A stretch of DNA of 63,680 bases, counting the filler, from Collodictyon triciliatum (taxonomy: Eukaryota): NCBI GenBank assembly GCA_043381765.1. It is 5 parts of 5 records of this genome, joined end to end, with 100 filler letters (N's around TTAATTAATTAA, not from the genome) between each part and the next. Parts side by side here need not be neighbours in the genome. Positions count along the whole stretch, not along the records: positions 1 to 19,627 come from JBHJMP010000281.1; 4 more parts are not named here. One strand, 5' to 3'. Numbering within the stretch: the first letter of the stretch is position 1; each line of letters begins with the position of its first letter. Of the stretch, positions 1 to 12,541 are shown in pieces. The notes under the pieces are model-generated. The model was not told the origin of the DNA, did no database searches, and saw only the letters and a program-made list of their open reading frames with translations. Made by a program: the position numbers and the translations under genes.

Positions 1-1262
1 GTCTATTGCCGACATAAACTTGTGATTTATCTCTCTCAAAGCATCCGGCTCGTGTGCGTTCGATCATGTGATTGATCAAGCTTGAGAACGGTTTCGGAAT
101 GTGGTGCTTGCTGGTTTGAACTAGGCGACTAATCGCTATGGGTCTTGGGAATATCCATAATTAGTTAAATGACATTGTTCATAGTTGTGGAAAAGGGTAA
201 AATGACCCTCTTGTGCTTCGTTGGAATAGATTTCTTTGTGCAACTTCCTCGTCCATCGACACTTCTGACACTCGAACTCACATCAGAATACTTTATCGAG
301 TGTACCACTCGACATGAATTAATATAATGCAGGGAACTTTGAATCGAATAAAGGAAAAAAATATAATGCAGGGAATTTTGAAATAATAATAGTGAAAATA
401 CACTACCTTCATCTTCGAATTATTAGGGTTTGTTTTATTTATTCAATATTAGATGCCTTCAATTCCTGATTGAATTCACACGATTGGTTGGAAAGGTAAT
501 ATTATATTCTTCTTCTTATAGAAAGATATAATATCCGAAGGAGGGATTTGTTCACTTTGATGCAAACTGACTTGAGAAAGTGGCATCGATTGGCATGCGA
601 TTTGGAGTCGGAAATATAGGATTATCAGCACAAAACAAACTTTGCTCATATCTTGCGAGGAGATGATAGCAACTTATTAGCATTAAAATTTGCTATGTGG
701 TTTCATTTTTCTTCTTTCAGGCGTAACAGAAAAGAAATATAAAAAAAAACTGTGGGATGTGTGGATTATTGATAAAAAAAATATGAAAAGAATCAATAAA
801 ATTCAAAGTAACGGTAAGATGTCGTATGGAAGAAAAGAAAACGATAGTGTCCCTTTCACTATTTGAGCAAAGAAACAAGTCCGTCCTTGGGACATGCCTG
901 GCCGACGAATTCATGCTAATTTTTTACTGGTTAGATAATTTCCTTATCTTACTTTTAATTGAAAATAGTATAAGATAGAGTCAGTTTGGATTAATCACGT
1001 GATTACAAGAGCACGAATATATTAATTTAGTGAATTATCGACCTTGAGTAAATCATCTGCTGTTGCACGCCTGTCAGAGTCAACTGTTAAACATCGCTGG
1101 CTAAAATCTTGCAAGGTTGGGGCTACGCGCTCTTGGTTTTTGAAGTTTGGGGCCCCGTTTGTGGCGATTAAGAATAATGCCTATTGGGAAAATTTTATCC
1201 CTTTTCACTTTTATTGTAGGGCCAACTCAAAATACTGTCATTCGAATTTTTCTTGAAGAATA

Positions 1263-1375
1263 GAAAAAAAGAACAGAAAAAGAACAGAAAAAAGAACAGA
1301 AAAAAGAACAGAAAAAAGAACAGAAAAAAGAACAGAAAAAAGAACAGAAAAAAGAACAGAAAAAAGAACAGAAAA
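1263..1375. repeat. Tandem 12-mer microsatellite (GAAAAAAGAACA)n ending at an N gap
   Basis: Directly visible tandem repeat. Confidence 0.95.
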
Positions 1376-1499
1376 NNNNNNNNNNCAAACCCAGTTGACT
1401 GCCTCGTGGTGTGATGGCCACCATTCAACGTGACATAGAGGATAACTCTCAACTGACTTCTCGGTATAGTTTCGCCTCCGGCGCTGGTGCGGAAAAACT

Positions 1500-2400
1500 G
1501 CAAGTTTACGTAAGTCCAGGAAGACCCGTGCAAGGAAGCCGCCTGCAAGTCTGTCTGAGCGGACAGTATTTTTGCACAGGTCGAGCAAGTCGTTTACAAC
1601 AAGAACAAGGCCCGCAGACTCACAGATGCGCTCGCCTCCTTCTTGAAAGCGAACAAACTTTGGGAAGAGTCCATCCAATTGCGCTTACCGGATAGCGAAG
1701 GCCTTTTGCCTGATTGCCTTCCACAATGCAGAAAACGCCCGAAAACTTCTGGAGCTGAAGCAGGTAAGTTTGATCGATATTACGATTAGCTTCAGTAGAA
1801 GTAAACCAACAGAGACCTCGGTGATAATCTACCAACTACCGCTGGACATGTGACCGCAACTCCTTCGTGAGGAGCTGAAGCCGTTCAGACCGACCCACTT
1901 GGAGATCAAAAAGGACAAAGGCTTCTTCACAGACACGGCCGTGGTGAAGCTTCTTTGTCACAAGAACCAGCTCCCTGCAAAGCTTACGGTCATGGGCAAA
2001 AAGTGTCCAAAGCGCATCCTCAAAGAGCGTCCGCCAGTTGCAAAAACGAACAACAAGTAAAAACAAAGCAAAACAATACACCTGCCAAGCAGACAAGCAG
2101 CAGCAACGGAATCAAGGAAGCCAAGGCCAGGCAACAACTGAGCCCGAAAGACTCAAAGCAGATACGCGCATACAGCGACAGCGACGATGACATGGAAGGA
2201 AATCTCGGTTCCTCTTCAGAATCCTCGCACTCGAGTCCTCCACCGCCAACACCGGACAAGCCCGCACATCGCAAGACCCAAGAGCAGTGCATCTCCAAAC
2301 CCCGAAAGAAATCCTCTGAAACTACCCATCCAGACTGACGTGAATATGGTTAACATAGGAGGCCTCAAGGCAGTCTTCGTTACATATCTAAAAGGATACT
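1500..2400 (+). mobile_element. Degenerate non-LTR retrotransposon relic: L1/Tx1-like ORF1 (RRM-type), possibly followed by the first residues of an ORF2 endonuclease
   Basis: Manual translation across one frameshift (~1660) and in-frame stops gives ...LASFLKANKL/GKSPSNCAYRIAKAFCLIAFHNAENARKLLELKQV...SVIIYQLPLDM*PQLLREELKPF...GFFTDTAVVKL...LPAKLTVMGK, which resembles the L1/Tx1 ORF1 RRM region. A basic/Ser-rich tail follows, then 'VNMVNIGGL' (~2340), similar to the N-terminal NxxGL motif of APE endonucleases. No introns; no RT visible. Confidence 0.5.
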
Positions 2401-4170
2401 TGAAAGCAAAGGCAACACAAGAACCAGCGCCCACCAAAGATAGTCCGTTTCCTGCCCCAGCCCGTCTCACCGAGAACCAAGGAGCAAGAGCAAACAGCAC
2501 AAGTCGAATCCAAGCTTGGAACTTCACACACCAAAGACAATCCGAGCAAGCAGGTGTGTATGTTTCTAAAACCACAAACGCGTATCCATACTCCGGTTAA
2601 GCAAAGTCCACTGCCGGCTACGCATGGTTCCAAAACCAGGGGACGGTCACGCGCCACTTCTGATAATACCAGACAAACGACTATGTGTCGCTTTTTGTCA
2701 GAGTCGCCCAGCAAGGAGCATAAGGAAAGTGACCCGTTGTCCCCTCAAAAGACTCATCCAGTGGAATGAAATAGGATGTAAACCTTGTCTGAGATAGATG
2801 GTTGAAAGGATTCGTCGGAATCGATTTTCGAAGTAACTGCCATGTGCGTACTTTCATCAATCTCACAACTTTATCCGCTCTTCTGCCAGTCTCGAACACA
2901 GCCGGGTGCCACATCGCTCGCGGTCATATATATAAATACCTTCCGCAAGCCTAATTCCGAGTGAAAAAAAAATACATAAAAGAGCGATGTTAGTAGCAAA
3001 AGGAAATTGGTAGGGAGATTGCAACTGTCACAGGCAGCGAGTGTGGCACAAACTATCTATTAGGTGTCGTTTTGTAACCACGCCAAGAGCACGGATTAAG
3101 AAGGAATTCAACTTTGTAAGATGCGCCCTCCAGCCTTGTGATGCGGGTACTTGAATTATTTGTGGAATATATATATGTTATATATATTATCATCTATTAA
3201 ATTCATACATATCGATTAATATAATAATTTTATATGATTGATATGATTATTTTTAAATATATTTTATTAGCGAAGTGGAATAAAGCAAGTATAATTCAAT
3301 GAATCCAAGCAATTAAAATGAAGTTCAACGAAACATAATGGAATAATTTATACTAAAATGCTATATTCATATGAATATTCAATAAAATAATCTTAACATG
3401 GAGATGGTTTCGTCTTCAATGTGGTCGAGGCGAACCAACAAGAGCGCAAATTTTTCGGCACTTTTCCAGTAATGTAAGGCGAATATTGAACTAGGGGGAG
3501 ACTTTTAATAATCTGTATGCTATCGGGCCGGCGTAAGAGGCTTAGAGATGAATCACAAAGTCTCTTTCCCTTGTGATTTCACCCACCGCCGGACAACCGC
3601 GACTTCCCCGTCCTCGGACTCACGTAATCCCCAGCCCAGAGCCACCCTCTAACAGCCCACCTATCCAACTCCGCCCTGCTGCAACACGCGCAACCTCACA
3701 AATAGGACAAGGCGGCGCGCGTAGTGCTGCCTTGGCCTGCCGTGTTTCTGCCGTCCTTTCCCATCCTCGCCACAAAGGCCACCTTCTTTTGACAAAAAAG
3801 AAAAACAGCGAAGCAAGAAAGACAAGACGATCATTGTGCGCTCTGCCACACATCATCGACCTTCCTTGGAAGGAGTTGTCTGAATTGTGCCTCGGTCGAT
3901 GGGAAAAGGCAGACGCACAGAGAACTGCAGGCCAAGAAACAATGAACCGCCCGTACCCACACACGAAAAAGAAAAGAAAAAAGAAAGAAAGAAAGCAAGA
4001 TTAACACCCCACAAAGACCGCCTCTTTCCCACAACTGAACAAAAAAAAGAAGAAAGAAGAGACAAGGATCTTAAGAACAGAAACAAACACAAAGGTAGCA
4101 CCCAGCACTGACGCCCACCCCACCCTCCCCTCACACACACACAGGCTAACCACACTCAGCCACGCACACA

Positions 4171-4768
4171 ATGTCCTCGCAAGTCGAACAGGTACGCCAC
4201 GCAGAAACACACCACCCGCCCACGAAACAAAGACAGACACACACACACACACTCACCCACTGACTCTGACTAACTGACTGACCGATCCACCCACCGGGCA
4301 CAGAACGAACGCGCATACCAGAAGCAGGAGACGATCTTCGCGGGGCGCAAGCGCCTGCTGGGCAAGGCAGCGCGCCAGAACCAGCTGCGCTACTACAAGA
4401 GCATCGGGCTGGGCTTCAAGACGCCGCGCGAGGCGATCGAGGGGACGTACGTGGACAAGAAGTGCCCGTTCACGTCGAACGTCAGCATCCGCGGCCGCAT
4501 CCTGCGCGGCGTCGTGCTGTCCACCAAGATGAAGCGCACCATCACCGTGCGCCGCGACTACCTGCACTACATCAAAAAGTACAACCGCTACGAGAAGCGC
4601 CACTCCAACCTCTCGGCCCACGTCTCGCCCTGCTTTGTCGTCAAGGAAGGCGACGTCGTCACCGTCGGCCAGTGCCGCCCCCTCTCAAAGACCGTCACCT
4701 TCAACGTCATCAAGGTCGACCCCCAGGTTGTCATCTCGGGCGTCAAGAAGCAGTTCCGCCTCTTCTAG
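4171..4768 (+). CDS. RPS11: 40S ribosomal protein S11 (uS17); exons 4171-4191, 4304-4768
   Basis: [15 protein letters not shown]...[38 protein letters not shown]...[18 protein letters not shown]...[23 protein letters not shown] intron contains a TGACTAAC branch-like motif. Confidence 0.98.
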
Positions 4769-5822
4769 GCCGGCCCCCATAAACCCCTCTGCATGATACG
4801 TGCCCTCTCCCTGGTCGCAGTCGCCGTTTATTACATCTTCTGCCTCTGCCGCGTCATCCCAAATACAGCGCCCGCCCGCACAGCCGCAGCCGCAGCACAA
4901 GCGACACCTCTCCCTCTTCCTCTTCCTCCTCCTCCTTGTTCTTGCTCTGCTCCCTCTGCCTCTGCCTCTGCTGCCAGGCCACTCCACCGCACGGCTCCCC
5001 CTCTCGCAGCCGCTTCCAACGCGCCAGCCCGGCCGCCGCTCCGTCATACCGCATGCAGACATCCACCTCCCTCCCGTGGCTGTGGCTGTGGCTGCGGCTG
5101 CTGTACGAGACGGTGCTCTGCGAGTCGTCGCAAATGACCGCACCAAACGCCCCGTGTGTCTGTGGTGGGCTGTGCTGCTGTGTGCTCTCGGACGTCGTCT
5201 CTGTTCTCCTTTTCTGGATGCTGTGCCCTCCTCCGTCCGCTTCTCTGTATCTCGGCTGTGTATATGTTTACGCGATTATCACACTGCCGGGTTCTGTTCA
5301 TTGGAGTGAATCGACACAGATGGAGAGAATATGTGATGATAATGATGATGATGATGATGATGATATCGTTACGAAAAGGGCAAGGGGCAGGGACAGGGCG
5401 CCGGCGAGGAATACCGTACCTGGACTCGCTCCTGTCGAAGCGCAGGGCTGGCAAAGATTGGGCGGCCCAATTCGTCCCCTCTTTGGTGGGGTGGGTTTGT
5501 CGGTTCCTCGGCAAGGTGTGCGGGCTGCTGCATGAGTGTTGCTTCTGGATTGGCTGCGTTGTTTGTTGACCTCGTTGGGGGTGTTTTTGCTGCTCTTGTT
5601 GCTTCGTGGTTTGTTGTTTGCGCAGCCTCCTGTCTGTCGTTTCTTGTCTGCTTCTCCTTCACCTCATCTTTTTGGCTGGTGGGTGTTTGCGCAAAGGAAT
5701 CTTGGTGCATCGACTCTTCTGCTATTTTTCTAAGACATTCGGTTAATAGATGCACATCGATTAGTCAGGTTATTGGGCTTCTTTTTTTTTTTTGGTTTTT
5801 TGTTTATGATAGATTTATGTTG

Positions 5823-5862
<40 letters not shown>

Positions 5863-7447
5863 GAAATATTGGGATGTTGAAATTATACCTGTGCTCTTCA
5901 TCCATGGGTGTTTGCAACGCCTGGCTTGATATTATTGCATTGTCGGGATGTTCTATGTGTTGTTGGTTTGGTGGCTCAGTTGGTTTTGTAGCATCGACCT
6001 AGTGGTTGGTTGATTAAATTAACGGGATGGTTTGAGTTTCAGCGGCGTCTTTATCTACCAATATATATCAAGTTTCAACATATGCCCAGTGTTTGAACTG
6101 AATTACCCGCTCGGGGACAACTTGCAATTGCTCCTGTCCATTCATTACATTCTCTTTTGGGATTTCTGATGAAGTTTTGCTATAATAAATTATTTTTTTT
6201 CGAAAACTCGTTAGCGTTAAACCCCTATCGAGCTTGTATCTTATGCAAAAGTTATATTCTTTGTGATATTGCTGGATATTCGGGAGAATATGGAATACAA
6301 AAAAAAAACTATTGTAGGTTCAATATTCTTACCGGGATTGATCCGACTCTATCGGAGTGGAAAAGCAGTTGTGTTTGTACGAAAGAATCTCAAATTCTAG
6401 AGGCGGAACAAATCGGGTGGGAGACTTCTTGATACTAAGCCAAAACGACATGTACGAAAGAAGAAAAAAAAGAGTGAGCCAGACCGTTCATAGCGATTGG
6501 AAACTCATTAAAAAAAAATAACAACGAAAAGAGTAGGAAAAAGTGGGCAGTGATTCGTGCCTTTTGCTGTATTTATTTGTCACTTTCATTTCTTTGCATG
6601 TATATATGTGAAAAAAAAATGAAAGTGTCATTATTCCTATTGTGCGTTTAAAAATGACGACTTACGCTTTTCTAGAAGATGAGGATGAGACTGGCAGGTG
6701 CCTCGTAAGGGGCATATATCTGTTTCGGACAGCCATTGCTGTTTTTTTCTCCTCGCCTTTCTGCCTGGTCTATTTGCTCGACTCCGGTTATTGACAGCTA
6801 CGAAAGGGGACATCTCCGTCAGGCGAATAACAGCAATGATGTTGCACATTGCTTGAGATGGTCGACAAGGGTTGTGTTCTGAACCGATCGTTTGTTCTGA
6901 GCTTTGCTGAACTCAAAAGTGCCCTTTGACAACCAACTTGCAACTGCATTATAACTTCCTTGAGGTGCTTTGATGAGGGGTCGTCAATTAGTCCTAATTT
7001 TCGGTGAAAGGACGTAGAACAGATCCAGAAATAATAGGTGTAGGAGTTGGTTGTACTCTGTGACATGATTAGGTAAATATTATATTATTGTGTAACATTA
7101 ATAATTCCATAAATACATTATAATGGCTAATTAATCTTTATGCATAGTATGTATATTTTCCAGATTATACAACAGAACATTCTGGAAAGGGGTGATGTTT
7201 TCTTCGACCTTCTTCCAGGTTAGTGCCGAACCGTCTAGAACAGAATACCTGGCGAATTCCGCACGACTGGAAGGTTCGTGGGTGACCAAAGCGATGTATA
7301 TAATCCCACCAGAACTATGACAGGGCACAGAGAGGAGGGCGTCGCACGGCTGATAAATCAGGCTACATCAAACAACATCCAATCAGTACACACACCACAG
7401 TGCACCGAACGACATCCACACAAGAAAGCCAATCCAGGTCTCGCAGA

Positions 7448-8014
7448 ATGATGGCCAACCCAATCAGCCTACTCGGGCATCCCCAAGCCTTCCAGTATGC
7501 GGCTCAGGTGTACCCAGCGCAATCATTCGGTCGCTGCAAGAAACGAGCCTTCTCTGCATCAACCTCTGTGTTGGCCGATCCGTCCCCAAAGCGAGGCTGC
7601 CCATCCATGACAAACACCAGCGCATATACATGCACCCACGCACTCAAGTTCGGACTTGGACTCCCAGAGCCCGAACCATGGAGCTACGAGCAGACATCAC
7701 ACGAGGCCCCATTTTCTTCTGACACATCAAGACGAAGCCCGCAGCCCTACTCAATCGCCCGCCAGTGTGACAAGATATCTCCATGGAATCCTGCAGAAAT
7801 CGGCCCAGGAGCAATGGTGCCCTTTGGGGTCGACCCACAACTCATGGACCAGTACATCCACCAGATACAATGTCCCGAGTCCACACCCAGGTTCAATCAC
7901 AATGAGGCATCCAACATCCAGTATTATCCTCCGTGCGAAAGCAGATCCTTTCAGGTATGGCTTCTCGAGGATGGGCAGGACCCCTGCCTGCTACCTTCTA
8001 CCTTTCTGCTCTGA
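7448..8014 (+). CDS. Hypothetical intronless protein (~188 aa, Pro/Ser/Gln-rich)
   Basis: Open frame with ATG at 7448, GC-richer than its flanks and preceded by a CA-rich leader like other genes here. No recognisable domain. Confidence 0.4.
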   Translation: MMANPISLLGHPQAFQYAAQVYPAQSFGRCKKRAFSASTSVLADPSPKRGCPSMTNTSAYTCTHALKFGLGLPEPEPWSYEQTSHEAPFSSDTSRRSPQPYSIARQCDKISPWNPAEIGPGAMVPFGVDPQLMDQYIHQIQCPESTPRFNHNEASNIQYYPPCESRSFQVWLLEDGQDPCLLPSTFLL

Positions 8015-8497
8015 CCTGGACTCTAGAGAAGCGAGCTTGTTCATCCCACGAAGGCTCTTTGCAAACACACAGAATTCCGCAGAAAGACACGTGGCTCGCT
8101 GGCCATCCCCTTTCCCTTTTTCTCTCTACTGTGAATCTTCTATTCAGCCAAAACACCACAGGCTGGCTGCGACCTCTTCCTCCGTACCATTATAATTGAC
8201 AAGGGCCACACAGTTCGTCCTAGTAAACGAGACGCCTAAGCACTTAAAGCGCAACATATATGAGTCTCTATAGAATAAACACATCGACAAGCATTGAACA
8301 CATAACCAATAAACACCTCGTTCTCTCGAGCAAGTTCCGTCCCTACTCTAAACCCGCGCGACAGGCGAGTGCCAACTTGATCAGTCCCGCTCCTGTCGTT
8401 TTTAACAACCTGTACCACCATTCCTGCACAGAGACAAACTCTACACAGAAAGACAACTCACAAAGCGCAGCCGAGGCACACTCACACGCAAAAGAAG

Positions 8498-9468
8498 ATG
8501 CAGGAGGCACTGGAGAAGGTGAAGCAGTCTGAATTCTGGCAGGCCAATCGCACGCAGCTGCGTCCGTGGGCTCTTTTCTTTAACGTGGAGCGCATTCGCC
8601 TTCCGCGCTCGGAGGAATACATGGTCCGTGTGCGCCGAAACCTTGTCTACTACCAAGCAAATTATGTCTGTGCGGCGATCGGTCTGCTTGCTGTCTTCAT
8701 GTGAGTGACCTTTTGAAGACGTGGTGTGAACTGTCCCTCTTTTTTTTCTCCTCCTCCCTCTTTTTCTTTTCTATTCCGGTCTGGCGCTCTTCCCTTTGTT
8801 TTTTTTTCCCTGTAAAAAAAAAAAAAAAAAACATACCGAAAGCAAGTGTCTAATAGTAAAGAAATAAGAATCATTAATGAAAATAGCCTCATAGTGTATT
8901 ATAGAGTCCAATACAGGTCTCTTTCACAATAAAAATCACATGGGTTTTTAATCGAAAACCTTTTCTTCTCTATGTGCCTAGCCTTGTAGAGCCGTCGTTC
9001 CTGATTGGTCTTTTACTGATAGCAGCATCATACTACTATCTTCTTTACCAAAAAAATCCAATTGTTGTGGGTGGAAAAATCCTCAATGAGACTGAGAGGA
9101 TGGTAGCATTCCTTGCACGTAACCTTTCACTTACTATCCTGCTTCATAAGAGGAGCTCTAATAGCCATTTAGTTTCTCTTTTCGAATATTTTGATTTTGC
9201 GTCGCAGAGCATTTTCTTTGGCTTCCATATAATTCAATCGTCTCCATTATCTGCAAATAATCATATGGAATTCGTGATTAATCATTCTCATATTTCACTA
9301 GTAACGTCGATCAATCTATGGCTTTTCTCGGTGGGAGCCGATATATTTTATCTGATTTTTATCATCTCATTTGCAATTCTTGCGCATGCATCAATGTTCG
9401 AGGCCTTCGACGAGGACTTTGGATTTGACAAGCAGTTTGGAACAGAATTTGGTCGATCTGGTGTCTAA
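8498..9468 (+). CDS. PRA1: PRA1 family (prenylated Rab acceptor/Yip3) protein; exons 8498-8700, 8982-9118, 9302-9468
   Basis: LRPWALFF...RLP...RVRRNLVYYQANY signature, hydrophobic segments and C-terminal 'ILAHASM' with an acidic tail. GT-AG introns join in frame. Confidence 0.9.
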
Positions 9469-10131
9469 AGAGACTCACTATGATTGCAGCAGAATGCCAG
9501 AATAAATAAAAATAAATAGTACCAAAGCCACCATCTCACCATCTTGCACAAAATTGAAAGGAAGAATAAAAATTAAAAAACTTGATAAGTTCATCCTATG
9601 GTCAGTAAGCTATTAATGATATCTTCAATCACGTTCTGTTGTGGATATGGCAATATCCATATGCAGAGTCTTCAATAGCGAATGCTTAGTTTCGACAAAA
9701 TCTGTTCTCAGCTCCATTCTTTGATATCACCACCATCTTCGCTGTTAGCTCGCAAGTCTTGTAATATATATTTTAAAATAATTACAAAGACTTCTAAAAA
9801 TAGTGGAAAAACATCCACATCTATTTGATAAATAACCAGAAATAAAATAGAATGGAGCCCAGAATAAAAAAAAACAACAACATAAACATCAAATTAACCA
9901 ATGTAATATTTAAATATCGACTCTAAGCAAATGTTTAAGTCATAATGAACTAAATGGCTCATCGTCTTAAGTCGCCCGAATTATCACATACATATACACT
10001 TTGCTTACAATACGGTGCAAGAAGTGTTTATTTAAGACCATCCGCTGTATCTTCATGTGTAATGTCTTTCGCTTCCTTTCTTTGAATCGAATAGAGGGAA
10101 AAACAATCTTTCGCTTCCTTTTTTTTTTTTT

Positions 10132-11293
10132 TCATCTCCAACGCTGTCCCAATACATCGGCAGCCTCATATGGACTCATGAATGTAAATTCGTAAGAATA
10201 GCTAGTGCTTCGAAGCCTTGAGATGTCTTCTCTCAATGGATGAAGAATGCAGTGCATGTGTAAATGGTACACAGTGTTGAATGGAGGGCGAACAAATCCC
10301 AACCTAGTGACACAATATACACGCAAAATAATTGAATACTTTGCATTAATAGCATAATCTCAAAGAAATAATCGTTCATGATTGAACATAACCACACACG
10401 AACGAATCAGACAGCTGCAAAATTCAGTGCTTCATCACCTATATTCAGACGACTCCAATGCTCTTCCAACTTTTTCTTCAAGACATTTTTTTCCTACCTC
10501 TGCCATCCGTAACACTGCTCATATTTTATATATTTACTCTGATAAGGTATGCATATTATATTCCACAAAATGAGAAGAATTAAGCAAAAACATTTTTATA
10601 GACTGTGATCATATGTAAGATAATTCATATAAAGGCTGATGAGGATGCATACCAAGTTCCTTGTCATCTGCAGTTAAGTGGCTCCAATTCTTGACATGCT
10701 TTCGGGGTGTTACTAGCAAGTGGCACGAAGAAGCAGGATTAATGTCTTCAAAGCAAGCACACATCTCGTCCTACGAAAGCGGGATACCCATAGTTACGTT
10801 CATATTTGTTGCTGTAATCGATTGTTTATATGAAATGGGCATGTCGTTGATATGAAATATTTGAAAGAAAATGGTCAGTATTATCATTGTCATTATTATT
10901 ATCATTATTATAACATAAAAAAAAGACGTAAGGCGATAATACTTGGTGTAGCAGCTTTGTCTTTGGGTCATTTCCAGAGGATATTTTACAAAAGATACAG
11001 CGCTCTCGAACATCCTCTGGTTCCCAAACGTAAAAAAACATGTCAGGTTTCGGTTTTGCAGGGGCCTGGGAAGATCTGTATGTTTTGTTTGGTTATACCC
11101 CAACGTTATATATACAGGTTGTTTGGAGAATCTCAGTAAGCGGGCTATAATAATCTTCTCTTGAGAAGAAGGGGAAAGTGTGTGGGGTGTTGAGAGGAAA
11201 CAAAATGAATTCAAATTGGTCGTCACAGGTCAAGTGAAGAAGTTCACAGATAAAAACACAGAGTGCTTACGAGCTTCCTTCTTCTGTAGCCAT
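10132..11293 (-). CDS. HINT3: HIT-family nucleotide hydrolase, HINT3-like (5 exons)
   Basis: Spliced product MATEEGSS|SSQAPAK...CIFCKI...|DEMCACFEDINPASSCHLLVTPRKHV...|...YR|LGFVRPPFNTVYHLHMHCI. Contains the CIFC motif and the HxHxH triad with the HINT3-type 'GFxxPPF' motif. Confidence 0.88.
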
Positions 11294-11603
11294 GATCCTC
11301 TTCACAGGACGAGTCGCAGGGTATTAGAGAAAGTAAATTAATATGTTATTGTTATGGGCGGGCTTTGTAATTAAGGTTTCCTTGTTTCTTGTTTCTTGTG
11401 TCTTATTTATTCACAAGAGTCTCTTTTCACGTAATAATGCAAAGTAGAAGCGAAAGAGAACCCTGATCGACCCCTCAAATATATTTGCGAAGCTACGGTG
11501 TCGCAGCGAGAGCTTAGCCTTGGGAAGCAATTCCTCTCCGACTGGCTAACAGTTGACTTTTGTATGCTTCCGGGCTCGGGCTGTGACAAACAATTGGCAG
11601 GGA

Positions 11604-11936
11604 AAAGAGAGAGTAAAAGAGAGAGAAAAAAGAGAGAGTAAAAGAGAGAGAAAAAAGAGAGAGAAAAAAGAGAGAGAGAGAGAAAAGAGAGAGAGAGAGA
11701 GAGAGAAAAAAGAGAGAGAGAGAAAAAAGAGATAGAGAGAAAAAAGAGAGAGAGAGAAAAAAGAGAGAGAGAGAAAAAGGAGAGAGAGAGAAAAAAGAGA
11801 GAGAGAGAAGAGAGAGAAAAAAGAGAGAGAGAGAAAGAGAGAGAAAAAAGAGAGAGAGAGAAAGAGAGAGAAAAAAGAGAGAGAAAAAAGAGAGAGAAAA
11901 AAGAGAGAGAAAAAAGAGAGAGAAAAAAGAGAGAGA
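11604..11936. repeat. GA-rich low-complexity polypurine tract
   Basis: Directly visible (AG/AAAAAAG) repeats. Confidence 0.95.
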
Positions 11937-12541
11937 CTATTAGGAACTATATAGATTGTCGGTTTGCTGTGTGCCAGACGCACGACTCCGCTAAGGCTTT
12001 TGATACCACATCACAGCAGACACCGCGCTACCTTTCATCCTTTCCACAAACATACAGTACTCTAATATTATATTCACTATCTCTCCATTTGATCTTGAAT
12101 ATTCTGCAGGACACAAGAGTACTTATGAGAATAATAAATATATTCCATATTTGTCCATTTCGTGGTGCAACGAGAACCCTTTCATGGTGTCCCCCTTATC
12201 TCGACCTTCAGGCCAGAAGAGACTAACCGTCGGGTGTTGAAGACATCAGGGGCAGCGTTCGCGTCATGCGGAATAGATCGAGTGCTCAGACAACGCAAGG
12301 AAAATGCAGGGAAAAAGAATAGAAAAAGAATAGAAAAAGAATAGAAAAAGAATAGAAAAAGAATAGAAAAAGAATNNNNNNNNNNNNNNNNNNNNNNNNN
12401 NNNNNNNNNNNNNNNNNNNNNNNNNNNNNNNNNNNNNNNTAGAAAAAAAGAATAGAAAAAAAGAATAGAAAAAAAGAATAGAAAAGAATAAAAAAGAATA
12501 AAAAATGAAATAAACAATGAAAAAATGAGTTTTCAGCCCAC

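Noticed and set aside
1-950. Possible small minus-strand spliced gene at the left edge
   Set aside because: Short open stretches and plausible splice sites exist, but there is no consistent model or recognisable motif.
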